Assembly (NCBI GenBank): GCA_003971905.1
Contig: RSEE01000062.1
Span: 124,001 to 188,000, forward strand
Source of the DNA: Moniliella sp. 'wahieum'
Lineage: Eukaryota
Length of the DNA stretch: 64,000 bases
Direction of reading: 5' to 3'
In this document: positions 35,348 to 47,346 of the stretch, piece after piece
Layout of the letters: the number at the start of each line of letters is the position of its first letter
Numbering within the stretch: position 1 is the stretch's first letter
Made by a program: the position numbers and the translations under genes
Notes under the pieces: generated by a model
Told to the model about the DNA's origin: nothing
What the model saw: the letters and a program-made list of their open reading frames with translations, nothing else
Database searches by the model: none

Positions 35348-38335
35348 GGTCGGCTGTGGTGGTGGGGGGGAGAGACGGGGACGAGACGAGAAGGAGGCAG
35401 CAGCAGCGTTGCCCCGAGCACGCGCAAGGGACCCAGTGAAAGCTAGTGAGTAGCTAGTGAGTATGAATATTGAATCCAGCGGCCAGCAACACTGGCGGGT
35501 GCGAGCGATGGCTGGGCTCGGTTGCGGGTGCGGGTGCGGCGCGAGGCAGCCCAGGTTCCTATGCGTGGGCGGGCAGCGTCCGCGGGGCACATGGCGACCC
35601 ACCAGCCGCTTGCGCCGCACCACACTGCCCCTGCGCCTCTATGCTCCACTGTGCCTCGCCCTGCCTCGCCGCGCGCGCGCTGGGCCAACGCCAATACCCC
35701 TCCTACACTGCTCCTGTGCCCACGACCGATCAGATCGCGCGTCTACGTAAACCACAATATATAGTACACGCCTTTTCACCATCACCCCGCCGCCGCACCC
35801 CCATTGTCACAGCGTCACTAGCAGCCACGCTGAGATGGAATGGGACACAGATGCCGCGCACACCGGGAAAGGCGGATGTGAAGAGGTCAACGTGAACGGT
35901 ATTGAATGTTGAGAGTACGTTGTTGAATGGTTAACTTGAAGAATGTTCACGTTCACGAGAACGGTGAACTCCTGAGAGAGAGGTTGTGGCTCCGAGGGAC
36001 ACAGAAGCTATGCAAAGGGCAGGGTCTTTATATATGCAGCCAACGGTACCACGTGAGAGAGAGAGCGTCCTAGGGATAATCGATGAGATATGAAAGCGGA
36101 GCGAATGCAGAATTCAGGCAGATCATCTCTTCGATCATCGATCATCGATCATCATGGGTCAGGAACAGAGAGACGAGGCTCGACTGAGAAGCACAGAACC
36201 ACCTTTCTCTTCAGCTATACTGACCGTACTGGCCAGGGGTATCTCAGACACTATGCAATCCATCAGGCCTTGATATTGATAGGAGCCGCTGTGCATATGA
36301 TAGGGATTAAGATCTACTGCCCCTTGTCCAGCCAGATCTACTCTGGAATCCATTCGCCCGTAAGCCAGGGCTTTCACAGGAAGAGACCGTCCGCTTCGCC
36401 CTGGCAACAGCCAGGTCATGCAGTCTACCCATGACCAAAAACGGGATGAAGAAGGAGGTAGCAACTGTATGATCTGATTTTTATTTCGTCTGAGCTCATC
36501 TTGGTTTGAACACACACCTAGTCCAGGTTTAGAGAGTTGCATGAGAGCTTATGGGAACCGCGATGAGGCTCGTGGGCTCCATCCAGGACACCCGCATTCG
36601 CAACGAGCCGACCGGGAAAGAGAGACAAAACGCGGAGAGAAGAAGACGGGCCGGGCGTATGGATTACACACACCGAGTGAGGAACCAGGAGCATTCAGAG
36701 GACGGGGGATGGAGCGGTGGACCCACATCTTGAGGGATTCGGGCACCAAGGAGGCCGTCATGATGGTTGTGCATCGGCAGGTGGTACACGAGGTATTAAA
36801 CGCAACACCTGTGGAACGGTGGAAGAAGAAGCTGCCTACGAAGCAAGCGACATGTGGCAACATTGCCAAGTACCACAGTAAGAGGCACACTCACGAGCCA
36901 TGCTTTCCCCGTTGGTCCTATGACGACGGACGTATGCTATGCCACCAAATAAAAAGACCCCGAACAAGATTAGTTTGAGCGCTCCTAGTTCATTCGTATC
37001 CATGCGCAGCTATCCGATTGGAAGCAATAGCGGGCGCCACAGGGGTCTTAAGCTGCAGACAACTCGACTGGTTTCCTAATTGGCTGTCACGAGCACACGC
37101 CGGATGAGGATGATCGATGAGCGATGGATGGATGAGCCGATTATAACGATGATGCCATTCCTTTCCCTCCAGCGCATGTTGGCGGCAACTATAGGGTACT
37201 ACAGCAACGGTGGAGGGAAGAGCGGTGCGAGCGTGTGGCAGGTCCGAGCAACTACCCAAGCCCAGAGCGAGGTGAGACCACACTGGTGCTGTGTGCTGCG
37301 AAAGATCGCCAAGAGAGCGCGCCAACGTCCATGGGCCGGCGGGAGACGGGGGGGTGGAGGAACGTGGAAGGTGGGTGGAGCTGCTTGTTAAATGTTTAAG
37401 CGTCAAACGTTAAAATCGGCCCGCAGAGCAGTTTTAGGGTGAGGCCTGAGGCTAAGGCCTGCGTCCACTGGCCCACTGCCTGCTCCACACGGATCGACAC
37501 GATTGGTGGTCACCGGTCAGCGATGACTCTGGCCAGCTGCGCCTGGTGCTGGATGCGAGCTAAGACAGAGCAGGTGCCTGGTGGGCTGTGTTGGTGTGGG
37601 CGGCAGCGCTGGCCGGCTGCTGAGGCTCAGCGCCCCGCCTGAGCGCAGGAGCGCGTTGCTGGGCATGCGGGCCCCCGCGCAGAGCTCCGACTTTGCGAGC
37701 CAATACGCAGTACTCAGAGTCCTGCAGTGCTCCTGCCCGCCGGTGGGCCGCCACGCAGGCGCGCAGTTCGCCACTGTGTAGCTTGCAGGGGGCAACAGCG
37801 ATGCAGAGCCTGGGGCAGCAGGAGGATGTATGGTGGCGCACACTGTACGAGACAGTCGTGGCTGCAGCAGGCACAGCTGAGGTGCTTGGCCCAGCACCAG
37901 CCGGCAGCTGCACCGACACGTCGCTCGCGCCCTGCGCCAGGGCAGCACACGCTATGCTATGCACCCGCCAACCAAGCGCCCTGCCAATTTCAATTTCAAC
38001 GTTCACTGGCAGGCATGGGTGATGCGCGGTGCACTGCCCGTCTGTGCGGCCGACGGATGGGTGGGCCTGGCATTCCGCGCACCCGCACGAGCCCAGGCAA
38101 TTCGCGCCCCCCAGCCAGCCCCCACAGCGCTCCAACGCTAAACCCACCCGGTCTGCGCCACCCTCTGGCCCCCTGCCTGCCCACCCCCGCACATCACCCA
38201 CCCACCCCTCCCATCCGGCCTGTGTCCCATGGAGCGACTCGCTCTGTGCTCGCGCCCTCTGGGCCCCCTGGCCTCCCATCCACACCCTCTCATCATGCAC
38301 ATCCCAGCCCATCCGCCCAGCACTGCTGCTTCTTG

Positions 38336-38343
38336 TATATAAG
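38336..38343 (+). promoter_or_regulatory. Candidate TATA box
   Basis: TATATAAG about 125 bp upstream of ATG 38464, followed by a CT-rich leader. Confidence 0.5.
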
Positions 38344-38463
38344 CCCTGCCGCCCTCCCCCCTCAGCCCCGCCTCTTCTTTCTCCCCTTACCCTCCTCCCC
38401 ACCACCACCTCCGCTTGCTTGCCCCCCCTCCTTTGCTCTCTCCCCACCACTCTTTCACTCGCC

Positions 38464-39113
38464 ATGCAGCTCTTCCATCTCACCGTCCTTCTTGCCGCCG
38501 CCGCCGCCGTCTTGGCTGGCCCCTCCGTGTGCGTACCCCCTCAGCCCCTGACACCGTTGCGCAAGAGCAGCTGACGCTAACCCCCCCCCCCTCCCCCCCT
38601 CTTTCTCTCTCCACCAGGGTTACCCCCACCACGACGATCATCAGTGGTGTGCCCATGCAGATCACCTGGTCTGGCGGATCGGCGCCCTTCACGCTGGTCG
38701 TCAACACCTTTGCCAACGGTCAGCAGACGGGTGTGGTCAAGACGGTGACCCAGGCTACCTCGCCCTACACCTTCACCCCTCCCTCTAGTGTGAGCGGTAA
38801 GGCGCTTCAGTTTGACGTGACCGACTCGACTGGTTCTCTTGGCCAGTCGGGCGGTACGGGCAACGTGGTTGGCGGCTCGGGCAGCGGCGCCGGTTCTTCC
38901 GGTGGCAAGGACTCGGGCAGCACTGGTTCTTCCCTTCGTCCGCAGCGGCTGGCGGTAACGACGCTGCTTCCTCCCGGCAGTGCCCCGCTTCTTCCAAGGC
39001 AGGTAGCGCCCCCGCTGCTTCTGCCTCTTCTTCCAAGTCGCCTGCTTCCTCGATCCGCGTTGCCTCGGCAGCCGTGGCTGGTAGTGGGTGTGGCTGCGGC
39101 TGCCCTGCTGTAA
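38464..39113 (+). CDS. Small secreted Ser/Gly-rich, probably GPI-anchored cell-wall protein; intron ~38528-38617
   Basis: Signal peptide MQLFHLTVLLAAAAAVLAG; beta-rich domain PMQITWSGGSAPFTLVV...YTFTPP...QFDVTDSTG; Ser/Gly stalk; hydrophobic C-terminus WLVVGVAAAALL. Confidence 0.8.
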
Positions 39114-41212
39114 AGCCAGGAGCGGAATGCCGCCTAATCTCTGTTTTGTTTTTTCTAGTCTCTTCTTGCACGAAACGTGTCGCGGTTGAAAACGCTCTGT
39201 CGCCCTTCCTCTTCCCCCTTCCCTCTTTCCCCCTCTCCCCCTTCATTCCGCACCGTGTATCGTTTTCTTTCATGGTCTGGGTTTCCAGAGGCATGGAGCG
39301 TCTAGCTCCCCACCATCCACCACCGTTTCTGTTTTGCGTTTTGCGTTTTGCATTGTTTTCATCTTTCCCTTTTGCTCTTCCTCTTCCTGTCTCTCTTTTG
39401 GACCTTACTCTGCCCCTGCTTCCTGCTCATGATTGATCGTGATTGTTTCCTCCCTCTGTGCGTCCTGTCCTGTTGCACTCTGCATTCTGGAAATGACGTT
39501 CCATTCAATATTCGCACCTGCACCCACTTTAGAGGCTTGAAGTGTTAAGCGTCAAGCTGACCAACGTTGAACGTTGAGCCTCTTCGTCACTTTGCTGAAA
39601 AAAACATTTGCTGACGCCAAGTGAGAGACGTGTACCTACAGAGACTAACAACGCTCATCGCGTGGGTACGTTGTCATGCACGCATGCGGCATGTAAACGC
39701 TAAGCGCGCGGTTTCGATGCAGATTGCTCTGTAGCCAGACTGAAGCTTGAAGCTGGAAACGTTCTGGACGGGTGGATACCTCTCCCCACGGATTCATCTG
39801 CGATATCACACTGCACAACAGAAAATGCCCCTGGGGCCTGATGCACTCCTCTCCTGTATGTGTGTGGCGCACTTGGATTTAGAGCGAGTTCTTAAACGCC
39901 CGACGCTTGAAGCTTGAAGCTTGAAGTTCCACACTTGGACCATACATGGTTAAACTTTGTCTCGAGTCGTCAAAATGCGTCAAAACAGCATTATATTGTG
40001 GGAGAAATGCCTTCAATCTTCAATTGAAGTGTAAACTTCTGGCCCCACTCTCAGACTCACGGCCCAAACGCCAGCACTCAGGCGCTCACGACCTATTTGA
40101 ATACCAGGGGCTATTATCTGGCTTGAAGCTTGACGCCACGGCAATAATACGAGGGGGACAAGTAATATGTGGAAGAGCAAGGCGCACGATACAACGCAAG
40201 GTAGCGAACCGCGTGCTGTGCCCTGCTGTGCCAGAGCGTATTGCGGCCCACCTGAAGATGCATGATGGTTGCCAGCACTGGTCATACCATCAGGGGTCAT
40301 AGCACGGTTAGTACCAGCACGAGTACCAACACTGCTTATGCCAGGCAACAAGCCAGCCGCTAGCAAGTTTTCGGGTGCTGGACACTGAGAGGGTGGTGGC
40401 GGAAGAGGGGGCCCCTGCTGAGTTTCCCTAGCAAAGGGAGGGGCCGAGTCCGTGGCGACCCCGTTGGGTAGGCGACACAGACGGGTACAGTGAGGAATCT
40501 GGTTGAAGCACCCAGACTCCAGTGGAAAGAGAGGGAGCAGGACACACAACAGCACACCTCGCAAATTTTTTCCCCAGACCGACCAGTACATGACGCCCAC
40601 GTTGAATGTGTTCCATGTTCAAACGGCGCACGCGCAGGGTCCGATGGCAGGAGAGTGCAGTGCAGCGTCACATGTCACGTGACATGTGACAGCACATGCC
40701 GCCGTGCTTGCGTCCGAGAGTCTGGCCGGGTGTGGGATCTGGGCAGTGTGGATCTGGGCAGTGTCTGGCCCGCTGGCGGGCTGCGAGCAAACGAGCAGCA
40801 CCTTATCTCGCTTCGATCGCCCTGGAAAAGCTGCAAGCTGGCTGGAAGCCGCATCCCGCACATCACGGCGCTGCCACCCGCCCCGAATCACCAGCGGCTA
40901 GCTTCCGTAGCCGCAGCGCAGGGCGGGATGCTCACTAAGAATGTCGGAGCCCCACACCTCTCCCCGTTTGCCATGACGTCGGGGCGATGCTGAGTGCTGC
41001 CGAGCGCTGAGCACGCTGAGCCGCCATCGAAGATCGCCCATCTGAGCTCGCAGAATGTTGACGAGCAGCCGATGAGGGGCGCAGGTGTGGCGTGTTGTGA
41101 CATGTGACGTTTGCTTTGCACACATGTGGTGCCTTAGGCCTTAGGCCAGCCGCACCCGCCCTTCGCTTCCCGACCACCACCGCCCGCTTCCCCCTCCCAC
41201 CACTCCCCAAGG

Positions 41213-42660
41213 ATGGGCACCGGGGCTCTTCCACAGTACACCCCCCTTCCCTCCCATCCCACCCACCCCCCCCCACCGCCCCTCCCCCCCAGGCCACAAG
41301 AGACGCCATTATCCTTGGCTCTCACCGTCTTGACGGCATGCCTTGGCTGCCATCCTCCTCGCCGCCGCTTTGCTGCCCCCCGTCGATCCGCTGAGAGAAC
41401 CTGCTTTGGGCAGCCCACCCCCCCACCGATCTACCCGCTTGGATTCCCCCCCGCCGCTCTCGAGCCAGAGTGGGAGTGGGCACGCAACGCAACCATTGTC
41501 TATACCTGGGTCAATGGCACCGACCCGCTTAATCGCCAGCTCCGCCAGCAGTACGGCGGCACCTATGCCGCTGGCTCGGATCGGGATCGAGATAATGACG
41601 ATCTGCTGTACAGCCTGCGCACCTTGGCTTTGCAACTGCCCTGGCACACCGGCCGCATCGTCATTGTCTCCCCTACCCCGCCCTCGTTTCTACGTCTCGC
41701 TCACCCACCCATCAATGCCAAGGGCGAGCCCGTCACCCACCCAAGCCCGGCAGCCCAACGGGCAAGACCGATCCGCTGGGCCGTGTAGAGTGGATCGACC
41801 AAGACAAGTTGGTGCCCGCACGGCGCAGCCCACGTTCAACTCCAACGTGGTGGAAGCTTACCTTTACCTCCTCCTCCACCTCCTTCTGGCAGTCATTTGC
41901 CTGATAGCGAGTGGATCATTCAATGTAACGACGATTACACTTTCCCTTCGCCCTTGCACCCGCGATTTTTTTACTCTGGGCAATGCGACCGCCGCCCCGA
42001 GCAAATTTGGCAGCACAATGGAACACAGGGACGAGGCAACGGACACGGCGTACGCCAGTACCTTGAAAGGGGGTGGATCGAACGTCCCGATACGTATGCC
42101 GACATGGTTCCCGAGTACAACATCTGGCTCTTCAGCACGTTAAATACGTTGGATGCGATTGAGCGGACCTATGGCCCTGCTAGTGGACTCCCTTTCCCCC
42201 CACGATACGTCAAACATGCTCCGTTTGTCTACCACCGCTCCTTGCTCGAAGGCGCAGCGCGGAGATTTGAGCGCGAGCGCAACGTCACTACCCTCCACAA
42301 GTTCCGGCACTACCAAGACACCATCACCCCCTTGCTCGTCCACGCCTATGCAGCAATGGAAGGCAGCCTGACTGCCTCCAGTCGCCCAGCAGGCCACGTC
42401 TCGTCCCCTCCTGTGTCGTTTGAAGTGGTATCGAATGCGGTCATGACCCCGGCTACGCTCCTAGAGAAGTGGACTTCCGACGCACAAGAGAACGAGGCGA
42501 TTGCAGCCGAAGTCAAGCAGCGCATTTCCACTGGTCTCCTCAAGTTCCTCACGCTGAATGATGAGATGGATGGGGTCCCGAGGCCGAGGCAATGGCTCGA
42601 ACCCTCAAAAACTTTTATCGCGACTTGTACGGCGACGTCAAATCGCCCTTTGAGCTCTAG
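41213..42660 (+). CDS. Stealth-family sugar-1-phosphate transferase; frameshifted
   Basis: CR1 IVYTWVNGTDP; CR2 DNDDLLYSLRT..PW...PTFNSNVVE...NDDY; CR3 HAPFVY...HKFR; CR4 FLTLNDE...KSPFEL*; hydrophobic N-terminal segment. Confidence 0.88.
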
Positions 42661-43907
42661 CTCTAGCCTCTCAGAACGTTCAACGTTGCCACACTTCGAC
42701 TGATAGTGACCGACATTGCAACGAGGTCCTCATTGCATTTCTCTTGAGTGGGCGTATCCACAGCATCACACATTCCATACATGGAATACCATTCCCGATG
42801 GTCTCGCTATGGCTCTGAGATCTGATAGGAGGACAGGAGGATACAGGATCCGCCTATACTGTTATCGATCCGTATCTTCATTTCCAGGGCCTGTTCCATG
42901 CTGCAGCGAGTACGATGGTAATTGCTTACATTGTGCATTGAGCGCACAGATCAAATGCTGGCGCCGAGCGCTGATGTCAGATCTGTCAGAGGCCAGAGTG
43001 GCGCCTCTCGCAGGAGGTTCGTTCGTTATAAAAAGAAAGTAGGGCCTGATGCACACATTTCGAGCTTTGCTTTTTATCGCGGAGCCCCATTTGTCTAGCT
43101 TGAGCGCTAAGCGCTTCTGCAGCCCACGTCTGGCTCACTCCATACTGCGCCCAACCGTGTGCCTGCGCGAGGGGGGAGCGGGTGCCTGAGGCCTCAGGCT
43201 GAGGCCCCCGGGCGGCGGGCACGGCGGCTTATGACGTCGTATATAGGCGTGTTCTGTTGACAGGGGTGGCCGGAGGCTCCGTCTGCGCTGCGGTGCCTCC
43301 TGCGTTGGTGTCGGCGCATTCGGATTTATATCTCAGAGGGATAGGTATGCGTTGCTGGCCATTGATGATATGGCCTACTATGGAGCGTCATTCAATACTC
43401 AATACTCACATTCACATGTGTCACGCGTCCGAGCCGTTGCAGCCCAAGTCCAACGCGCCGAGTTATTACACCAGAGAAGCCATATCTGTCCAACGCGTCT
43501 CTCCCTCCCCTCTGTCCCCACGCCTGCTCGTCGTCTCCAGTTCCGCAGCCTCGGTTTGACCCGGCACATGATACTCTCACAGATGCGACATGTGACATGG
43601 GAACGTATGTAGTGTGAGAGCAACGGGTAGTAGTAAGAGACCCATTGCATCAACGTTCAACGTACTCAACGCTCAAGCGCTCAACGTTCAACCCACCCGT
43701 GGGAATGACGTCCGGACCTCCCCGATGCTCCGACCACGCTCGCCTCGCCCTCTTCCTCTTGCTTCATCCCCACCACCAATCGCCCGTCCTCCCTCCACTC
43801 CCTCCACTCCCCCCACTCCCCCACTCCCCGCCGCCTCGCCCTACCTACCTCCGTGACCTTCCCTCCGCCCCTACCCATCCAGCCTATATTTCCAAACCGT
43901 ACCCAAC

Positions 43908-45471
43908 ATGTGGCTGCCTGTTGGTACTATCATCCCGTCGCCTCATGGCATCTGCAATGGTCTGGATGACGTCCCCGGGGATGATACGCCTCTGTTTTCT
44001 CAAATCCTCGGCTCTTCCCATGATCTCAGCGGGATTGATTGTCGCCAGGCTCATCACCCCATCTCGTTCTTGAGTGCGATGGGACCTGTATTTCTGCACG
44101 CTCCCGCCGCTTCTGCCAATATGCTCGACACTCTTGGTGGTGTGCCGTGCTCCGTTCCCCCCTGTGGGGCAGACAACCCTTGGCTTCCCCCCTGGGAACA
44201 CCACCATTATCGATCCAGCCCTCCACCCTAGGTGCTGCTCGTATCCTGTGCAGGATCATCCTCCTGTTATCCCCGCTCCAGCCCATGCCTCTTGCTTGTC
44301 CCCACACCTTGGCTTTGAGTCGAACGAAGCGACGCAGGACGTGCTGTTCGCTACGCCCGCTGCTCCTTTCAAATCGAGCTTACCCTACTCTATGAACGAC
44401 GAGCTGCACAGCTCCCCCACCACGCTTCCCTCTTCTGGGTCAGTTGCTCCGGCCGATCTATGGACGCCCCAATCCTCTTCGTTTTCCTGCAATCAATTGA
44501 CTTGCCGCCGGGGAGACAGGGCCATTGAGTAGCACCAGTGCTACGGGGTGTCTCTCCGAGACTAGCATCTCCTCTGTTTCCGCCTTCCCTACCTGGCCTG
44601 GCGGGCTATCGGACGAGTTGATGGTACCCTCCTTGGACCACACGTACGATGTTGGCTTGATTTGATTCCCCACCCCGACTCGGACTCGACCGGAGGCACA
44701 AAGCGCCTATTGATCAATCCAGCTTCAACCGAGACCTCGGCTCCTGCCTCTGACGCTGACCGAGCCTTCACGCCCGTCAGCGCAGGCTCACAAGAGTACC
44801 TATTGGATCCCTTTGCTTCCTCTGCAACGACAACGGAGGACAACATGTTCCACCCACTTCTTCCGACTGTGCTCCTTCTGTCGTTGGCGCATCGATGCTT
44901 TCGAACTCCATCTCGCCCACCCAACATGCTGTTGCCCTGGGCGCAAAGTACGAACCGCCGTTGCACATCAAGCTGCGCCCTGACTCGCTTCCCATGGGAT
45001 GCTTGGACAACGAGGGCCGCTCTGTCCCCCAAGTCGGCCCTGGTAAGGACAGGGTGGTGAGACCACGCAAGAGGAACCCACGTGGACGTAAAGGTGTCTA
45101 TGTCGCGAGTGAACAGCGGCCGTTTCAGTGTGAGACGTGTTGCTCGTCGTTTGGCCGCAAAGAGCACAAGTTGCGTCACATTGTCTCGGTGCACAGTGGG
45201 CAAGAAGGCAGTACGTATCCCGCTTCCTATCCTCTCCTTTCCTGCAATAGTCTCACGTTGGGCTGTGAGTAGGCCGATTTTGCAGGATCTGATATATTAT
45301 GTACACATGAGGAGGATACTAATGATTAACGACGCTGACCAACGCCCGTGTCCGTTTGCTGTTTCCGTTTGCTCCAGGGATCAAATGTTTTCAGTGTTCG
45401 TACCGCACCTCACGCAGCGACAATCTCTCCAACCACCTTCAAGCCGTGCACGGACTCAAGAAGCCGATTAG
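43908..45471 (+). CDS. C2H2 zinc-finger transcription factor, Msn2/Seb1-like; intron 45211-45377; start uncertain
   Basis: Finger 1 RPFQCETCCSSFGRKEHKLRHIVSVH; after splicing GTACGT..CAG, finger 2 IKCFQCSYRTSRSDNLSNHLQAVH; Pro/Ser-rich N-terminal region. Confidence 0.8.
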
Positions 45472-46558
45472 CAAAAAGGGCCGCAGGGCAAAGAAAGTTT
45501 CTATGTAGCAACAAGGGCTGAACCTCTTCCCCTTGCATAACCCCCCGGTTCCTTGGGTGTCTGTGGGTTGGGCGCACAAGCACAAGCACCAACCCAATTT
45601 TTTTGCAGAGCCCAGCTCCTACTATGCCCTTCGGTTTCTATTTGTACTTTGCAGCTCTTGATTCGCTTATGGAAATCACAATCTCCCATATGTTTTCTCG
45701 ACACATGTTGTGGCCGTTCCGGTTCACGCGGCTCCTCTGACCTTGGTTTCCAACCCTCTACTGGTATTGCTTCTTGAGTGGCTGTTCTTGGTGCTTTCCA
45801 CACCAGTGCTTCGTTTCCACTGCGGACAGTGGTGTGCTTGAGCCGTATACGTTCCCATTAAAGAACCAAGTCTCGTCCTCACCACAGCAGGATGGGAACT
45901 GCTTTGTGGCTTTGTTGTCCCGTCCTTTTTACACTTTTCCCATACACGATATGAAGGACCCAGTTGACGGTGTCTCGAATCATTCATACACCGCTTTCTT
46001 GGAGTACGCTTTAGATCGATTCTCAAGAACATCAAGAACATATTACGTTTGCTGGATCCACTTTGTCTTCTCATCCTGGCAATCTGCCGAACCGTTTTTG
46101 CACACCTGCAGTGCCATCTTCTGTCTGTGGCTGCCATCTTCTTCTCTCCTCTCCTAATAATGCGAGCGTTTTCAATTTGTGAAAAGGTACCTCAGCTCGA
46201 GGGCTGAGAGCTTGAACGTAACGGAGGGAAACTTGAAGCTCTCCATACTGGCAGGGAAATTGAGCTAATCGCCGGGCAGCTAAAAAAAAGGTGTTGTAGT
46301 ATATATGTCTCAGGTCGCCGTTCTGGACCTTTTAGCGTCCGTCAGATCTTCCATCGAGAAGCCATCGGCGTGCATGAGTGTGGATTGCCAGTTCAGCGAG
46401 AGCCCGAGACATCGTTGTGCCTTCTGGAGAAGAGGCAGCTGTCGAGGTAGGCGCCATGGTGAAAAACCGGTAGTCACAATGTGTCCACATGCAGGTACGG
46501 GAGGACCTCCGCTGTTTTTGCCTCAAATGAAAAGACACAAGGACAACTGGTTCCATCT

Positions 46559-46640
46559 TCTCCGATAGTTTAGTGGCTATGACACGTCCCTGTCATGATT
46601 GATGTACGGACGAGACCCGGGTTCGATTCCCGGTCGAGAG
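46559..46640 (+). tRNA. tRNA-Asp(GTC) with 11-nt intron (46596-46606)
   Basis: TCTCCGA-TAGTTTAGTGG D-arm; anticodon stem CGTCC/GGACG with loop CTGTCA^C; T-arm CCGGG-TTCGATT-CCCGG; T-run downstream. The 3' acceptor strand lacks one G. Confidence 0.9.
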
Positions 46641-47346
46641 TCTTCTTTTGCCTTGCTCTTCTCTTCTGGAGACGTTCGCTTTTTGCTTTTTGCTTGTGAG
46701 ATCAAGCTACGTTCAAGCTTCAAACAACCTTCAGGGCCTTCTTCAAAAAGAGCACATTTGCTTAGCAGGTTACCGGTTAGCGCCATCAAGAGTAAGTGTT
46801 CGGACCTGGTGTTGTCAATCACGAGTTTGAACTTTAACGCAGAGGTCATCTCGAGTTCGTCATACCATCCCATCAGTAGCACTACTAAGAGCACAGCTTA
46901 CCAGAGGGCGCATATGCTTTTTGCTGGCGTGATTGCAATCTCATCCTCCACATGCAGAAGGGTCTTGCGCGTTGTCTGCGTATCTCCTTCCCTGCTACCG
47001 TCTGTAGGCAAAAAAGGTGTCCAGACAGCCCTGGTCATATGCTCAATCGTGGCATCTCTCTGGAGGCTTACGCTGTTTTTCTGTAAAAAAACAGCGAGGC
47101 TCTAGTGGACAACTAAGGCAGTTCTGTCACCACGGAAGGAATCAGTTGAGCATATGCAGTGGTAGAAAGAGGACTAAGAATACATGCATGGGTAGGGTAA
47201 GGGTAGGTCGTGTAGCGAAAAGGGAAATGAAGGGGGGAAATATACACATCGCCAACATAGAGAGGCGAACACCATGGCCCAGGGCACCAGGCCTTCCTTC
47301 CATGGGCAAACGTTCTCCCAAAGCACAGAACGCGATGAAAAACAAA

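Noticed and set aside
38464..45471. Cell-surface gene cluster (GPI protein, Stealth, C2H2 factor)
   Set aside because: Only adjacency and shared strand; no shared pathway evidence, and the neighbours are unrelated housekeeping genes.
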